From: Eledone cirrhosa
Taxonomy: Eukaryota
Assembly (NCBI GenBank): GCA_964016885.1
Contig: OZ024740.1
Location: 294,500,001-294,564,000 of the forward strand
Length of the DNA: 64,000 nt
Direction of reading: 5' to 3'
The translations under genes were made by a program, and so were the position numbers. Position 1 is the first letter of the stretch. Every line of letters begins with the position of its first letter. This document shows positions 1 to 12,626 of the stretch, in pieces. Below the pieces are notes generated by a model. That model worked only from the letters and a program-made list of their open reading frames with translations. It was not told where the DNA came from and ran no database searches.

Positions 1-512
1 ACATACATATATATATACATACATACATACATATACATACATACATATATACATACATATATATATATACATACATACATACATACATATATACATACAT
101 ACATATATACATACATACATATATATATATAGATATATATATACATCCTCATCATCATCATCGTTTAACGTTTATCTTCCACGCTAGCATGGGTTAGACG
201 GGAGTTGTCCCACTTGAGGCAAGATTGGTCGGGTGACCATGTCTCGCTCGTATAGGACTATCTGGCAGGTTTTCTACGGCTGGATGCCCTTCCTAATACC
301 AACCACATTATACATATATACATACATATATATATGTGTGTGTATATATATATCATATATATATATACACACATATATATATACACACAGGTATATATAT
401 ATACACATATATATATATACACACATACACATATATATATATATATATACACACATATATATATATATATACACATATATATATATATACACATATATAT
501 ATATACACACAT

Positions 513-553
<41 letters not shown>

Positions 554-650
554 TATATATACACATATATATATATATACATATATATGTATACATACAT
601 CTATATACACACACACATATATATATATACACATGCACACACAAATATAT
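1..650. repeat. Compound (TA)n/(TACA)n/(CA)n microsatellite interrupted by an RTE-tailed element at ~146-310
   Basis: Directly visible; the I/Y/H/T ORFs here are translations of the repeat. Confidence 0.95.
146..310 (-). mobile_element. RTE-tailed SINE or RTE-LINE 3' UTR fragment with (GAT)n tail. Family copies also at ~15395-15560, 18680-19000, 27490-27660, 45660-45790, 46970-47250, 47455-47680, 50484-50650 and 51300-51500
   Basis: catcatcat...tttaacg...ccacgctagcatgggttagacggg...ggatgcccttcctaa matches the 3' end of the RTE LINE at 40616-40780. Confidence 0.85.
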
Positions 651-849
651 AAGAAGTAATAGCACACTTAAGTATGTATAGTTTTTACATATTCATACAA
701 TTGTATTGTATCAGAAGTAGTAAGTTAGTAGATAAGAAAAAAACAGGAGAAAGAAAAACAAAAATAAAATGAAAGAAAAACACAAAAAAATAACAAACAA
801 GAAAAGACAAAGAAAAACAATAGTAATTATTACTGTGTGCTCCAACAAT

Positions 850-1040
850 GAGTGTTCCAATTGTTTGATCAACAGAACTGCCTACTTATGAAATTAACGT
901 ACAAGTGACTGAGCATTCCAGATTGTGTGCGACAAGCTGGTCCTTGTAATTTCAAATACAACTGAATTTTACTGGCTGAGTGGACTGGAGCAATGTGAAA
1001 TGCACCACCAGAAATTGAACTCACAACCTTACAATTTTCA
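850..1040 (-). mobile_element. Degenerate tRNA-type SINE (family C; see 50685-50828)
   Basis: ctggagcaatgtgaaat and gaattgaactcacaacc motifs shared with 22880-23040, 26196-26500 and 50685-50828. Confidence 0.6.
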
Positions 1041-1044
1041 GCTA

Positions 1045-1409
1045 CTCTCGGGTCCAAAATAATTAGAGGCGGGCAGGGGGGAATACGCAGGGGTTGGGGA
1101 GTGGAAAATTGGTAATTTTTCTAGGTTGTCTCTATTGATTTTTTTAAAAACCAGAATTAGTTGTTTTGTTTACATATTGAGACCCCAACTCCATCCTATT
1201 TGTTTCATATCATGGGATTTCTAGTAATGTTCCTTCTTTGTCATGTATGTTTTTTAATGTCTAAAGAAAATTAATTGTTGGAGGAATGTTACCATTTAAA
1301 ATAAAATTTAGCCAGAGATAGATTAGCAAAATTTAATAAGTGGGGGATTGAAAACAAATATGAAAATTAATAAGGGGGAGGGGGTTGTTAGTTATTTGAG
1401 ACCCGAGAG
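1045..1409. mobile_element. MITE with TA TSD (Tc1/mariner/pogo-type termini)
   Basis: ta|ctctcgggtccaaaataa ... ttatttgagacccgagag|ta terminal inverted repeats (TIRs). Confidence 0.75.
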
Positions 1410-2761
1410 TAAGCCAAACAACCATACGTGGAATGATTACTAACTAACATTAAGCATATTGAATTTACATCCTGGTTTCTATTCCATGTTGGATTGTCTC
1501 TTCTAAGTTAAAACAATAGTTCTAAAGGACAAGAACCCTGAAATATTAGATTATTGAACTTGTCAAACTCTGTTAAGGACTAATTGTTACTACTATAAAG
1601 CCATCACCAGCCTCCTTAGTTACAAATTTTACTTACAAACTATCTAAAACTGTTTCCTCCTTATATAATGCTCCTTTTAAAGTGTCCATACTTAGATTAA
1701 AACCTTTCGGGATAATTTATGTAATGCTCTCAACATTAACTTAATAATGAAAATGTTTTATTATATTACTCCAAATTCTTGATCATTTTCAAAATTAATT
1801 GAAACATTTAGACAGTGTATTTCATTCAAAATATGTTAATGAAAGAGACTTGATTTATTCAGTCATTGAGCTCTTAACTCTTGATGTGACAATGACAACA
1901 CCATGACAGAGTTTCTTAGGCATCGAAACCTGGCAGTGCCCATCCCTCTCCAGGTTTGTCTGCAGCCAATTTTTCCACACAAACAAAGAGAGAGAGAGAG
2001 AGAGAAGAAAAAGTGTGGCCAGTACTAGTCAGGTTCATTATTTATTGACCCTGAAAGGATGTAAAGCAAAGTTCACCTCAATGGGATTTGAACAAATAAC
2101 AGCAAAGCAATTTCATTCTATCCGACGCCATAACGAGTCTGCCAATTTGGCGCCTCTAACAGGGGTTAGGTGAGCAATTATTGACATTGCTTCATCATAC
2201 TGACAACATCCTTTTCAACACATGTTTATATTATTTACCCATATCTCTTGCCAACAACTTATAGTACCTCAACTTCTCTGACATCCTCTTTGCTTACTAA
2301 CTGATGTCTGAATCTTACGATTATATTATATATCAAATTAATTTTATTTCAGACATAGAAACCAGACTTACAAACCATGTGCCAAACTTCCAGAAAGCAA
2401 TTGTTTCCTTTACTCAGATTTACAATGGATAAGATATCAAGATTAGAATGTAAAGGAAAAAAGGTTAGATTATCAATTAACCTAGTTCACAATCATTGCA
2501 AGTAGCAGAGTTGTTACAACATAATGATAATTAAACTTCTTTCACCAAGAAGAAAATGAGATTAGGCTTTGTTTCAAGATGAGAGTTAGACACAATGCTG
2601 TTATCACTGCTATGATGTTACATGAGAAGTAGGTTGAGATCTTAACAGTATTGGATTTAGATATAAGAGGTACATTTTTAAATTAGCTCTTCCTACGCCC
2701 TCACGTGATTTATCTATTAAATAAAAAATGCAAATACACAAATACACATTTAGATTGCACA

Positions 2762-2910
2762 GACATGGCTGTATGGTTAAAAAAATCATTTTGCACCATG
2801 TGGCTTTGGGTTCAATCCTACTGCATGGCACATTATACTTCTACAACCATAACTCAAGTTGACCAATACTTAAGGAGTGGGATTTGCTAGATAGGTGTTC
2901 AGAAGCCCAC

Positions 2911-2912
<2 letters not shown>
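2762..2912 (+). mobile_element. tRNA-derived CORE-like SINE (family B). Other copies at ~13615-13778(-), 19755-19925, 22385-22510 and 51822-51995
   Basis: A-box-like tggctgtatgg, B-box-like ggttcaatcc; cttgggcaag CORE-like motif in sister copies; ends in (TG)n. Confidence 0.7.
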
Positions 2913-2948
<36 letters not shown>

Positions 2949-3279
2949 TGTGTGTGCGCGTGTGTCCCCCTTGCTAGCAGGGAAAGGAGACATTAAAATA
3001 ACAATGATGATGACAATGATATATATATATATCATTGTTGTTTTAATGTCTCCAGTTTGTACTACAATATATATACATACATATGTGTGTGTATAAATAT
3101 ATATATATATATATATACACATACACACACAGACACATATTCCCACATATACAAGTAAACATATCTCAAAGCACTGAACCTTATAGAGGAGATGACAAAG
3201 GAATGCAATGAGTGGAGGAAGATTGAGCTGGAGAAAACCTGTCAAACCAATGCAAACAAGGAAAGATGGATGTAAACTA

Positions 3280-3310
<31 letters not shown>

Positions 3311-3333
3311 CAGTGATGACGATGATGATATAT

Positions 3334-4564
3334 TAAGGATGCACTGGTAAGTAAATTGATTACTGATCAATTGGCCTTACCTTATTGGCAGATAACAATT
3401 AATTGGCTGCCGATTATCTATAATGTAGCTATGTGTATTGGGATATGAAAATGTGAATTATAATTAATTGTAAGTAATATATTATAATATTTCATAATTA
3501 ATCACAATTATGGAATTACAATTTGAGAGCACATAATAACAAAATTAGGCTGGTTTTATTGTAGGAGATAACATATACGAGCCTGCAAGAAATTGCCTAT
3601 GGTCTGAAAATGGAAAAATGTTGATGTTTTTACATTATATTATAATTTACAAGTACTTAAATTTGATCATTAAGTATTATTTTCTGATTGATTAAGATAA
3701 GATAACAGAAATCATTATTACTGGAACATTTTTGGATGTCTTTAACCATTTAGCATTTAAACTGGCCATATCTGGCCAGAATTCTTTCATCTCTTTCTGT
3801 TCAAATGGCCATAACCAGTCCCTCATACTTACGTTAAGGTATTTTTCTCAAATTAAATATTAACATTTCATAGATTCAATATTATGTGAAATAATTATGT
3901 GAGTTAAAGCCTTTACCATGAAAATACAATAGTATATATAGAGTAATGTAAATGCTAAATGGTTAAATAAACATGTAAATAGAATCTTTATAATTTTTAA
4001 AGATCAATAAAACACATCCTCTCAAGTAAGTAGCAGGGTCTCTCTTCTACTTTGACCCTATCTATAAGGAGTATTTAATTGAAAGTAATACGTTATATTT
4101 TATAATTAACCACAATCAGGGAGCTACTGTTTGAGAGCACATAACGAAATTAGGTCAATTTTACTGTAGAAGGTAACATATAAGCATGCAAGAAAAAAAA
4201 ATCGGCTATGTGCTGAAAATGGAGAAATTTTGTCTGTTCCTAAGCAGTCACAAGTAATTTCCTGTTGTGTAGATCAGTAAATCACTGAGTATTACCAAGT
4301 AATTTCTTGTATAGATCAGTAGCCCTGATCACTAAACATAGTGTTATATATCACCAATAGGCTTAGATTAGGTGTCCTAGGAAATAATATGATTTTTATG
4401 TATTTTTACATAGTAAATCAGAATTTTTCTCTCACGCAAGGTTTTCTTGTTCCAGCAAACATACATATCAGTAATTAAAAACAATAACGGCCAATTATCG
4501 AAACTGATTAACCACCAAAAATAGGCGATATTGATTATCTATTGATTAATAGGTATAACCCTTA
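3334..4564. mobile_element. Degenerate non-autonomous DNA transposon (hAT-like) with an internal direct duplication (~3500-3625 and ~4100-4225) and a nested TTAA MITE
   Basis: Imperfect inverted ends taaggatgcac / gtataaccctta; sub-terminal gattatc/gataa motifs at both ends. Confidence 0.45.
3746..3962. mobile_element. piggyBac-type MITE family 1 (TTAA TSD)
   Basis: ttaa|ccatttagcattta ... taaatgctaaatgg|ttaa; sister copy at 18166-18386. Confidence 0.85.
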
Positions 4565-4635
4565 CACAAACATATATATATATATCATTACCATCATCAT
4601 CACTGTTTAACGTCCATTTTTCCATGTTAGCATGG

Positions 4636-4671
<36 letters not shown>

Positions 4672-6091
4672 AATGTCAGTCTTCTCTCCTTCTCCCTCTT
4701 TGTCAAAATTCACTATATACAACAAAAAATCTTCCTATTCTGGCAGAAAATAAAATAAGGTTGTTTTTTTTTTTATCATTTTAAAATTAACTAGAATTAA
4801 ACAAAAGCCAAGAAAGTTTTGCAAGCAAATATAAAAGCCAAGTCTTCAACAATGTGACAGTTCGTAATAACAACTATTAATGATGCTTTAGAAAAGTATC
4901 TATAATTATTTGTCACTAAGTTAACTTCTTAGTTTGGCATACATCTGGGTGAGACAGCTGGCATTTCAGACTTGCAGTATTTTCTTTATATTCTGACAGA
5001 AAATTAAATAACAACTAAACATTATAATCCTCCCAAAAGGGCCTCGTTTAACCTTTCAGAAGAGCAAACCACTGAGGCAATTGTCAAATTTAGGAGAAGT
5101 TGGAAATGTGTAGGTTGAAGATTTTATTAAGCAATCTGAAACTGAGGAAAAAACAAATAAATAAAGTATAATAATAAAAAAAAAAAAGACTAAAGACCAA
5201 GTAAATAACTCTGAGTCTGAGACACCTGATAAAGAGATCTTAAAGACTTCACTTGCTTAGGTCACTAGACAAGTACAATAAAGCTGAGAAATTGAGAATG
5301 AAAGACATCAAAGATTAGACACTGATGATGCATTAAACAATATAACTATATAATTAGGGTGCCACAGAGTTTTGTTTCTTCAAGTGCCAAACTTACCATG
5401 ATGCAAGGTGCAAATTTTAGAAGTCTTTTTTAGAAAATGAACAGAAAATGTGTTGAAAACTTGCATCTTTTTCTGTTGCCTTTGTTATAAGTAAATAATT
5501 TACTTATATTGTTGATTGCTATTTAGTATTAAATGAAATTTAAAACAAAAAACAGCAGGATATATTCAATTAATATAATTGTGAGGTTTGGTTTGTGGAG
5601 ATGGTCTGAAAAAGAACCGAATTTTTTTAATCTAATATTTCACAATCAGCACTTATAATGTCTTAATGTTTTAGTTTAGACAATGGAAGGATCAAGGGAA
5701 CAACATTGTTGAGCTGTTCTTAGAGCATCAGTTGACCTTAATATAGACCTATGCTGAATGAACTAAGGAATGCAAAAGAATCATTAATACAAAATAAACT
5801 TCCCAACACTGGCAACTTGATTTTTACCCCTTAAATAGAACATGAGTGTAATTTTTATTGTTTTTTTTTTCCTCAAATGTTTTCTAAAATATATTTTAAA
5901 TGGCTATGGGTGGGATTTGTAGTGTTAAAACTGCTACTATAGTGATCCAAAATACATATATCTATGATATCTGGATAGTGGATTGAGAGTATTGGTAGTG
6001 TCAGACACCATGCTTTGCGGCATAGAGTTATGGCCCTTTGTGTTCTGATTTCAAATTCCGTTGAGGTTAGTTTTGCCTTTCATCCTTTCTA

Positions 6092-6660
6092 ATGAAAGTC
6101 ACTACCTATGTCATTAACTCTTTCATTACCATATTTCTAATAAAAGACACCGTCTATGTCATTAACTCTTTCATTACCATATTTCTAATAAAAGACACTG
6201 TCTATGTCATTAACTCTTTCATTACCATATTTCTAATAAAAGACACTGTCTATGTCATTAACTCTTTCATTACCATATTTCTAATGAAAGACACTACCTA
6301 TGCCATTAAACCTTTCGTTACCATATTTCTAATGAAAGACACTACCTATGTCATTAACTCTTTCATTACCATATTTCTAATAAAAGACACTGTCTATGTC
6401 ATTAAGCCTTTCATTACCATATTTCTAATAAAAGACACTGTCTATGTCATTAACTCTTTCATTACCATATTTCTAATAAAAGACACTGTCTATGTCATTA
6501 ACTCTTTCATTACCATATTTCTAATAAAAGACACTGTCTATGTCATTAAGCCTTTCATTACCATATTTCTAATAAAAGACACTGTCTATTTCATTAAACC
6601 TTTCGTTACCATATTTCTAATGAAAGACACTACCTATGCCATTAAACCTTACACGAAAGA
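6092..6660 (+). repeat. 48-bp minisatellite (~12 units) derived from a MITE family 2 terminus
   Basis: Unit attaactctttcattaccatatttctaataaaagacactgtctatgtc; the MITE body continues at ~6660-6780. Confidence 0.9.
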
Positions 6661-6870
6661 CACTATCGATGGTTTTCAAATCATTCTGAAATTAATCAAG
6701 AATTTAGTAACTTTCTCATTATTATGCTATTGTCTGTGGCAAAACTTAACAAAGGTTTCTACATAAAATAATGATGGAAAGACTTGGTCCCAAACAAGTC
6801 GCAACATGTATAAATAGGGAACAAATTTGATTTCAAACATTTGAAAAAGCTCCAACTGGAATACACTCAT

Positions 6871-6924
<54 letters not shown>

Positions 6925-6959
6925 TGTTCTGTTAACCTGCCTATACTCTCACTACATCT

Positions 6960-7700
6960 CTGATGCAATAACAAGCCTTGTCCTCTTTTCTACTTATTAA
7001 AATTTTGGTCTTTGCTAAGTTTATTCTGAGCCCTTATTTTTTTAAAGTTCTGTTTCCACAACAGGAATTTCTTCTCAAGCTCTTCCACAGATTCATCTAT
7101 AAAACCCAGGTTATCAGCATACAGATGTTTCCATGGGGAGTCAGTTTTAAAAACCTCTGTTATAACCTGGAGAATTATAATAAACAAGAAAGGACTGAGG
7201 ATTGAACCTGCACATTGAATTCCTCACTAAACTCATTACCTACTCTCATTTTACTGACAGCTCCTCTGTACATGGCTTGCACTGTTCTCATAAGCCACTT
7301 ATTTACACCCAGTTTCCTTAAGGGCCAAACAGATAACAACTTGCATTACTCTGTCAAAGGCCTTTTCCAGAGCTACAAAAAGCTAGGTAAAGAAGGTTAT
7401 ACTTAACTAGGAACTTTCCTTGTCTCCCTAAGAAAGGAGAATCTGGGACACTCCTTCCAGGCACAAAACTGTCTTGTCTTATCTAATTTGACTCTTTCTC
7501 TTAGTTGCTGCTTTCTAGAGTATCACCTTTGCCCTTGCAACAATTAATGATTATATTGCTATGTCTGTTATTGGGTATGATGCCATCATGTATTACCTGA
7601 TTGATTATGTAGGTGACAAGCTCAACTCATGCTCCTCTAGATGATTTCAGCATCTCAGCAACTATCTCTAATGATCCAGCAGCTTTACTATTTTTCACAA
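6960..7700 (-). pseudogene. Decayed RTE-LINE reverse transcriptase (RT) fragment
   Basis: ITEVFKTDSPWKHLYADNL...EELEKKF is homologous to ITEEFKTGCPWELLYADDL...TELEKKF in the 41.6-42.9 kb ORF; stops and frameshifts present. Confidence 0.85.
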
Positions 7701-8232
7701 TCACCTCACTTTTCTTCAATATGCACCACAAACTATAAACTAGTTTTGTAGCTGGTCATATCACAATAAAGTAAGAAATCAACAAGTTGTATTCTACACT
7801 ATGTGAATTTAAGTTCATGAAACTGATTTGGTAAAAAAATAGAGATTATATCAATGCTTAGGCTAACCAGCTCTATGGTTATATTTTGGAATGGATCACA
7901 TTAATATCCACAAACATTACTTTATTGCAAACTAATAGATACATGTACCAATGAGAACTTTGGACATGTCTTTTGTGATGTCAACACTTTTTTTATTTGA
8001 TCAATATTATTATTTTTGCCAATATCCTCCTTTGCTAATTTATAATTTTTATTGTTTTAGTAATTCCAGTTTTATTAATTATGTAAACAAAGATTTTTAT
8101 GTCAACTATATTTTACAAAATATCAAAAAAGGATAAAAACGAAATTAAATAATCAAAATATTGGTTTTAGTAATTATTTATTATAATTGGCATCGCATTT
8201 GTAGAACTTAATTCTTATCCCATTCCCTTTAA

Positions 8233-8821
8233 CTCTTTTAATACCAACCCACCCCAAACTGCCTCTGGTTCTATGAAACAAAACCACCCATTTTAAAGGG
8301 TTCCTATTTAAATTAAAATCTTCTAATTTTATATTAGAACCATTTGTTACAAATACTATGTTAATAATGAAATAATAATTTTAGTAAACCCTTCCAAAGT
8401 CTTCCCTTTCAACCCCTCCCCTTCCAGTTCTTTTTCCTTTCGTTTTCTCTATATTTCCCTATTCTTTTTTTCTTTTGTTTCCAATCATTGTTTCCAATCA
8501 TTATTATAGTTGTCATTATTATCATTATTATTAGGGCAGCAGATTGACAGTATTGGTAGAGCGTTAGACAACATGCTTCACAGCATAAAGTTATGGGCCT
8601 TTATGCTCTGAGTTCAAATCCCGCCGAGGTTAACTTTGCCTTTCATCCTTTCGGGGTCGATAAAATAAAGTACCAGTAATGCACTGGGTAATTGCTGGCC
8701 TTGTGCCAAAAGTAGAAACAATTATTATTATTATTATCACTGTAAATAAAATTTTGATTATTTTTCTTTAGTGATTAATTGAAATACAGTGTATTTCACT
8801 AGAAATATGGTCATGAAAGGG
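8233..8821. mobile_element. TTAA MITE family 2 with a nested SINE A at ~8533-8722
   Basis: ttaa|ctcttttaataccaac ... gaaatatggtcatgaaaggg|ttaa. Confidence 0.75.
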
Positions 8822-9724
8822 TTAAACCTACTCCATATTATTAAAAAATGAATTCCTATGTTTAAGAATTACAAAGTGAAATTAACAACACAAATAAAAA
8901 GCTGGAAATAGATAAAAATGTAATAAAAACTGTTGTCTGTATGATAAATTTAAATACAAACATAAATTTAAACCATTTTAGGATGGATGAAATAGACAAA
9001 ATTTATAGTGTGTTCAACTAATTTGATATTCTGAAGTTGGTTAGCTAGCTGGCTCTGACAGCAGAGGCAGCCCATACAGTGGTGCTTTTGTCCTATCTAG
9101 ATATTTATTCTTGGTGAATAAATAGGTTAGGGTGCTGAGATTCCAAAAGAGAAGAGTTTTAAAAGGAAATGATTCATCAGAATGTTGTTGTCACTGACCT
9201 ACTGATGTTGTTGGGACTTCATTTCTACTTACATCAAGCTTTTACACTGTTGTTGCCCCCCCCCCCCCCCCCTCAACCCACCACATCACCTTCTCAACTC
9301 TTCCTTCTCTCTCATTTACAACTATCTCTCTTACACTTAATTCTTTCTTATGGGTGCTTCTTTTTGTGCCAGCTTATCCACTTATTCCAACCTCCTCTAC
9401 CATAATACTGTCCTACCACTAGCACCAGTATGTTTTCAGATAAGACTTTCCCTTCTTATCAGAGAAGCTACTACCACTAATAGTAGCACAACATTAATAT
9501 TAATAACAACTGCATAGCAGCAGCAGTAGTACTACATACAATACATTATAATTCTAGAAGTTCTCCCACACTGCCCAGATGGGAGAGTGGTGGGTGACTG
9601 GCTGGTACAGAGGGGTCCCCTCATGATCCAGAGTATTCTTTCTCACATTTTTGTTGTATTTAAGACTCACTGTTGTTATTAATGCAAACAAATCAATCTC
9701 AAATACACATAGCATACATATGCA

Positions 9725-9803
<79 letters not shown>

Positions 9804-9930
9804 ATCTGAAACTTTAGTATTTGTATAAAAAAAAAATCAATAGGAGTTCCTTTCAGACAAAATATATAAAATTCTAGAAAAGAGGAGGAGGAAGAGAAGG
9901 GATGAAAACTAAAGAAAAGAAAGAAAGACT

Positions 9931-9968
<38 letters not shown>

Positions 9969-10350
9969 CACTGTGAAGTAGAAGAGACAGTCAAGAAAAA
10001 AGAGGGGAAGAAAGCAGAATAGTATAGTTTGGTGATAGTATATTCTATGTTAAGAGTCTTTGATATGAAACTAAGTTATGTAACATCTGTAGAAGAATAT
10101 ATATATATATACAGCTATTAGTCTTTTTTTGGTTATTAGCTGGTGAATTAATTTCCACTGTTACTTTTAAAGTCAGAAGAAGAAGAAAAAAATGGAAGTG
10201 AGAAACTAAAATGTCTTGTTTAACCTTTTACTACACAGAGAAATGGCTAGAGTGTCAAGTATGGAATGAATAGCTATAGAAATGTCTACTTGTTCATAAA
10301 TTCTTTATTGTAGTCTAAAGGAATCTTCAAGTTATAGTTTATTGATATAC

Positions 10351-10396
<46 letters not shown>

Positions 10397-11244
10397 GGGG
10401 GGGGGCAGTTTTATTATCTTCATTCCTTTTGTAAAAGTGATCCTATAAATTATTTTATGACATATAAGAGTGAGAGACATAGAGAGAGCCGGGGGGGGGG
10501 GGGGGGGCTGTCAGCTTGTCTTGTGTTATTAGAGGAGAGGACAGGGCCATCCTGGTATCTCAGCTTCCACAGTTTGAAATTTGGCTGTTTCCTCACCAGA
10601 TAAGGTCATACATTGTTCAAATGATTTAATGATAATAATTGCCATTTTCACTTCTTCCTTTCTAATATGGAGTTAGGAGATATTAAATACATTAGCTGTA
10701 GAGAAAGGAAAGGAATTTCAAGCAACAGGTTTCCTCATCTATCTATGTCACACAAACACACACACACAAACCAAGATTTTTACAACTGAAATATGAAAAT
10801 TCATCAAATTTGTTTATTTTCATGTAACTTTTTTTAAAAATAAAACTATTTTAGAAGTTTGGATTAGATCTATTTTCTTAATATTAAAAACCAGCAACTC
10901 CTTTAGGTCACTTTCTACATAAAATGCACTATGTTCGAATATTTGTAATACAAGCATGCTATAGTAGACACACACAGTGAAGTGTATATTAGATGAGAGT
11001 CTAAAACTAGTAGGACTTTTGTTCTTTTTTCTTCAATACAGAACACAAGGGTTGGATGTGCCTGTTGTAAAGGAAGTAAAGAAAAAATGAGGACTGAATA
11101 AACAAAGCTAAGAAATACTCTCATACACAATAAAAAACATAGTCATGGTTTTAACCCTTTTGATAACAAATTGCCTGGAATTGGCCCTGGTTTTACAATA
11201 CTAAGCACAAATATAAACACTTTATTTTAAACTGTCTATATTTA

Positions 11245-11415
11245 CCGTATTTCCCAGAGTCGAAGATGCCACTTTTCCCCTAAAATAAGTCTCAAAAATC
11301 TACTATGCCTCATGGAGGCCGAAGGTTGTTTATTATTTTTTTTTTCAAATTTTTGGTTGTCAAAATTAGGGTGCATTTTTGAGGACGAAGCATCTTCGGC
11401 GCCCGGGAAATACGG
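11245..11415. mobile_element. Tigger/pogo-like MITE, TA TSD
   Basis: ta|ccgtatttcccagagtcgaagatgc ... gcatcttcggcgcccgggaaatacgg|ta. Confidence 0.85.
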
Positions 11416-11449
11416 TATCTAAAAACCATTCATTATAATTCTATGTAGG

Positions 11450-11635
11450 GCAGTGGATTGACAGTATCGGTAGAGAGTCGGACGCCATGCTTTGCAGCAA
11501 AGAGCTACGGCCCTTTATGATCTGAGTTCAAATCCCGCCGAGGTTAACATTGCCTTTCATCCTTACGGGGTCGATAAAATAAAGTACCAGTAATACACTA
11601 GGATAATTGCTGGCCTTGTGCCAAAAATAGAAATA
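11450..11635 (+). mobile_element. tRNA-derived SINE family A with 18-bp TSD
   Basis: B-box gagttcaaatcc; central gcctttcatccttacggggtcgataaaataaagtaccag domain; TSD attataattctatgtagg at 11432-11449 and 11636-11653. Confidence 0.9.
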
Positions 11636-12365
11636 ATTATAATTCTATGTAGGAACATTTCTTAAGTTATATTCCAAACACCAGCTTAATAAAAAAACAA
11701 TTAGTTATATAACTAAATCCTTTCAAATCATTGATTATTTTCAATTTGATTTGAAAATCACAGGCAGTGTGTTTCACTAGAAATATGGTAATGAAATGAT
11801 TAAACACTGTCTGTCAAAGATTGTTCTTAAACAGTATATCTGAATTTAATGACTCAAAATCTACTGTTGGAATATATTTCAAGGTGATTGAGCTAAGTTT
11901 GGTCCCCATCAGTCAATTTCCTATCTCACTCAAACACAGTTCATTTTGTTGGGAAGAATTTAATGAAATACTTTTTATATGGCCTAAAGCAAAGCCGTCA
12001 ATTTATCCTTCCAACATTTTCCAATACATATCTTAACCCCTCCGATCCCATGTGCATTGAAGTCTCCCTTTAAAATGAATGGTTTTGATTCACAGAACCA
12101 GAAGTGATTTTGTGCAGGTTAGTGTTAAAAGGGTTTATACTGTCTCTGCTTATTTTTCATTGAAAAACATCAATGCAATGTAACACATCAAACTTTTTAT
12201 CTGAGAATACACACACGGATAGACACATACGCACAAGTTAATGGATTCCCATCAGTTTTGACAGTGATCATTCTATTGTTTAATCAATTGGTCTACATGT
12301 TTATTGGATTAGAATGTAAATGCAAGGTTTTCTCATAGATGCAGGGGTGATTTCAATAAGCTTAA

Positions 12366-12626
12366 AACCTTTCATTACCGTATTTCTAATGGAAGACACT
12401 GCCTATAATTTTTAAATCATTCTAGAAATAATTGACCTTTTTTTCGGGAGGGGGGGGGGGGGGTGTCACATAACTTATTTTCTCGTTATTAAGCTGGTGT
12501 TTGGAACATAGCTTAACAAAGGTTCTCACGTAAAATTATGATAGAAGGTTTTTCAATAAATTTAAACTCTTTAAAACTTTTGTATCATAGAACCAGAGGT
12601 GGTTTCAGGTACTTTGGTATCAAAAG
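12366..12626. mobile_element. TTAA MITE family 2, opposite orientation, degenerate
   Basis: cctttcattaccgtatttctaat ... tttggtatcaaaag. Confidence 0.65.

Larger units (their letters stand above)
11155..11799. mobile_element. TTAA MITE family 2 carrying two nested insertions
   Basis: ttaa|cccttttgataac ... gaaatatggtaatgaaatga|ttaa. Confidence 0.75.

Noticed and set aside
6092-6766. 224-aa ORF as a real membrane protein
   Set aside because: Fully explained by the 48-bp MITE-derived minisatellite
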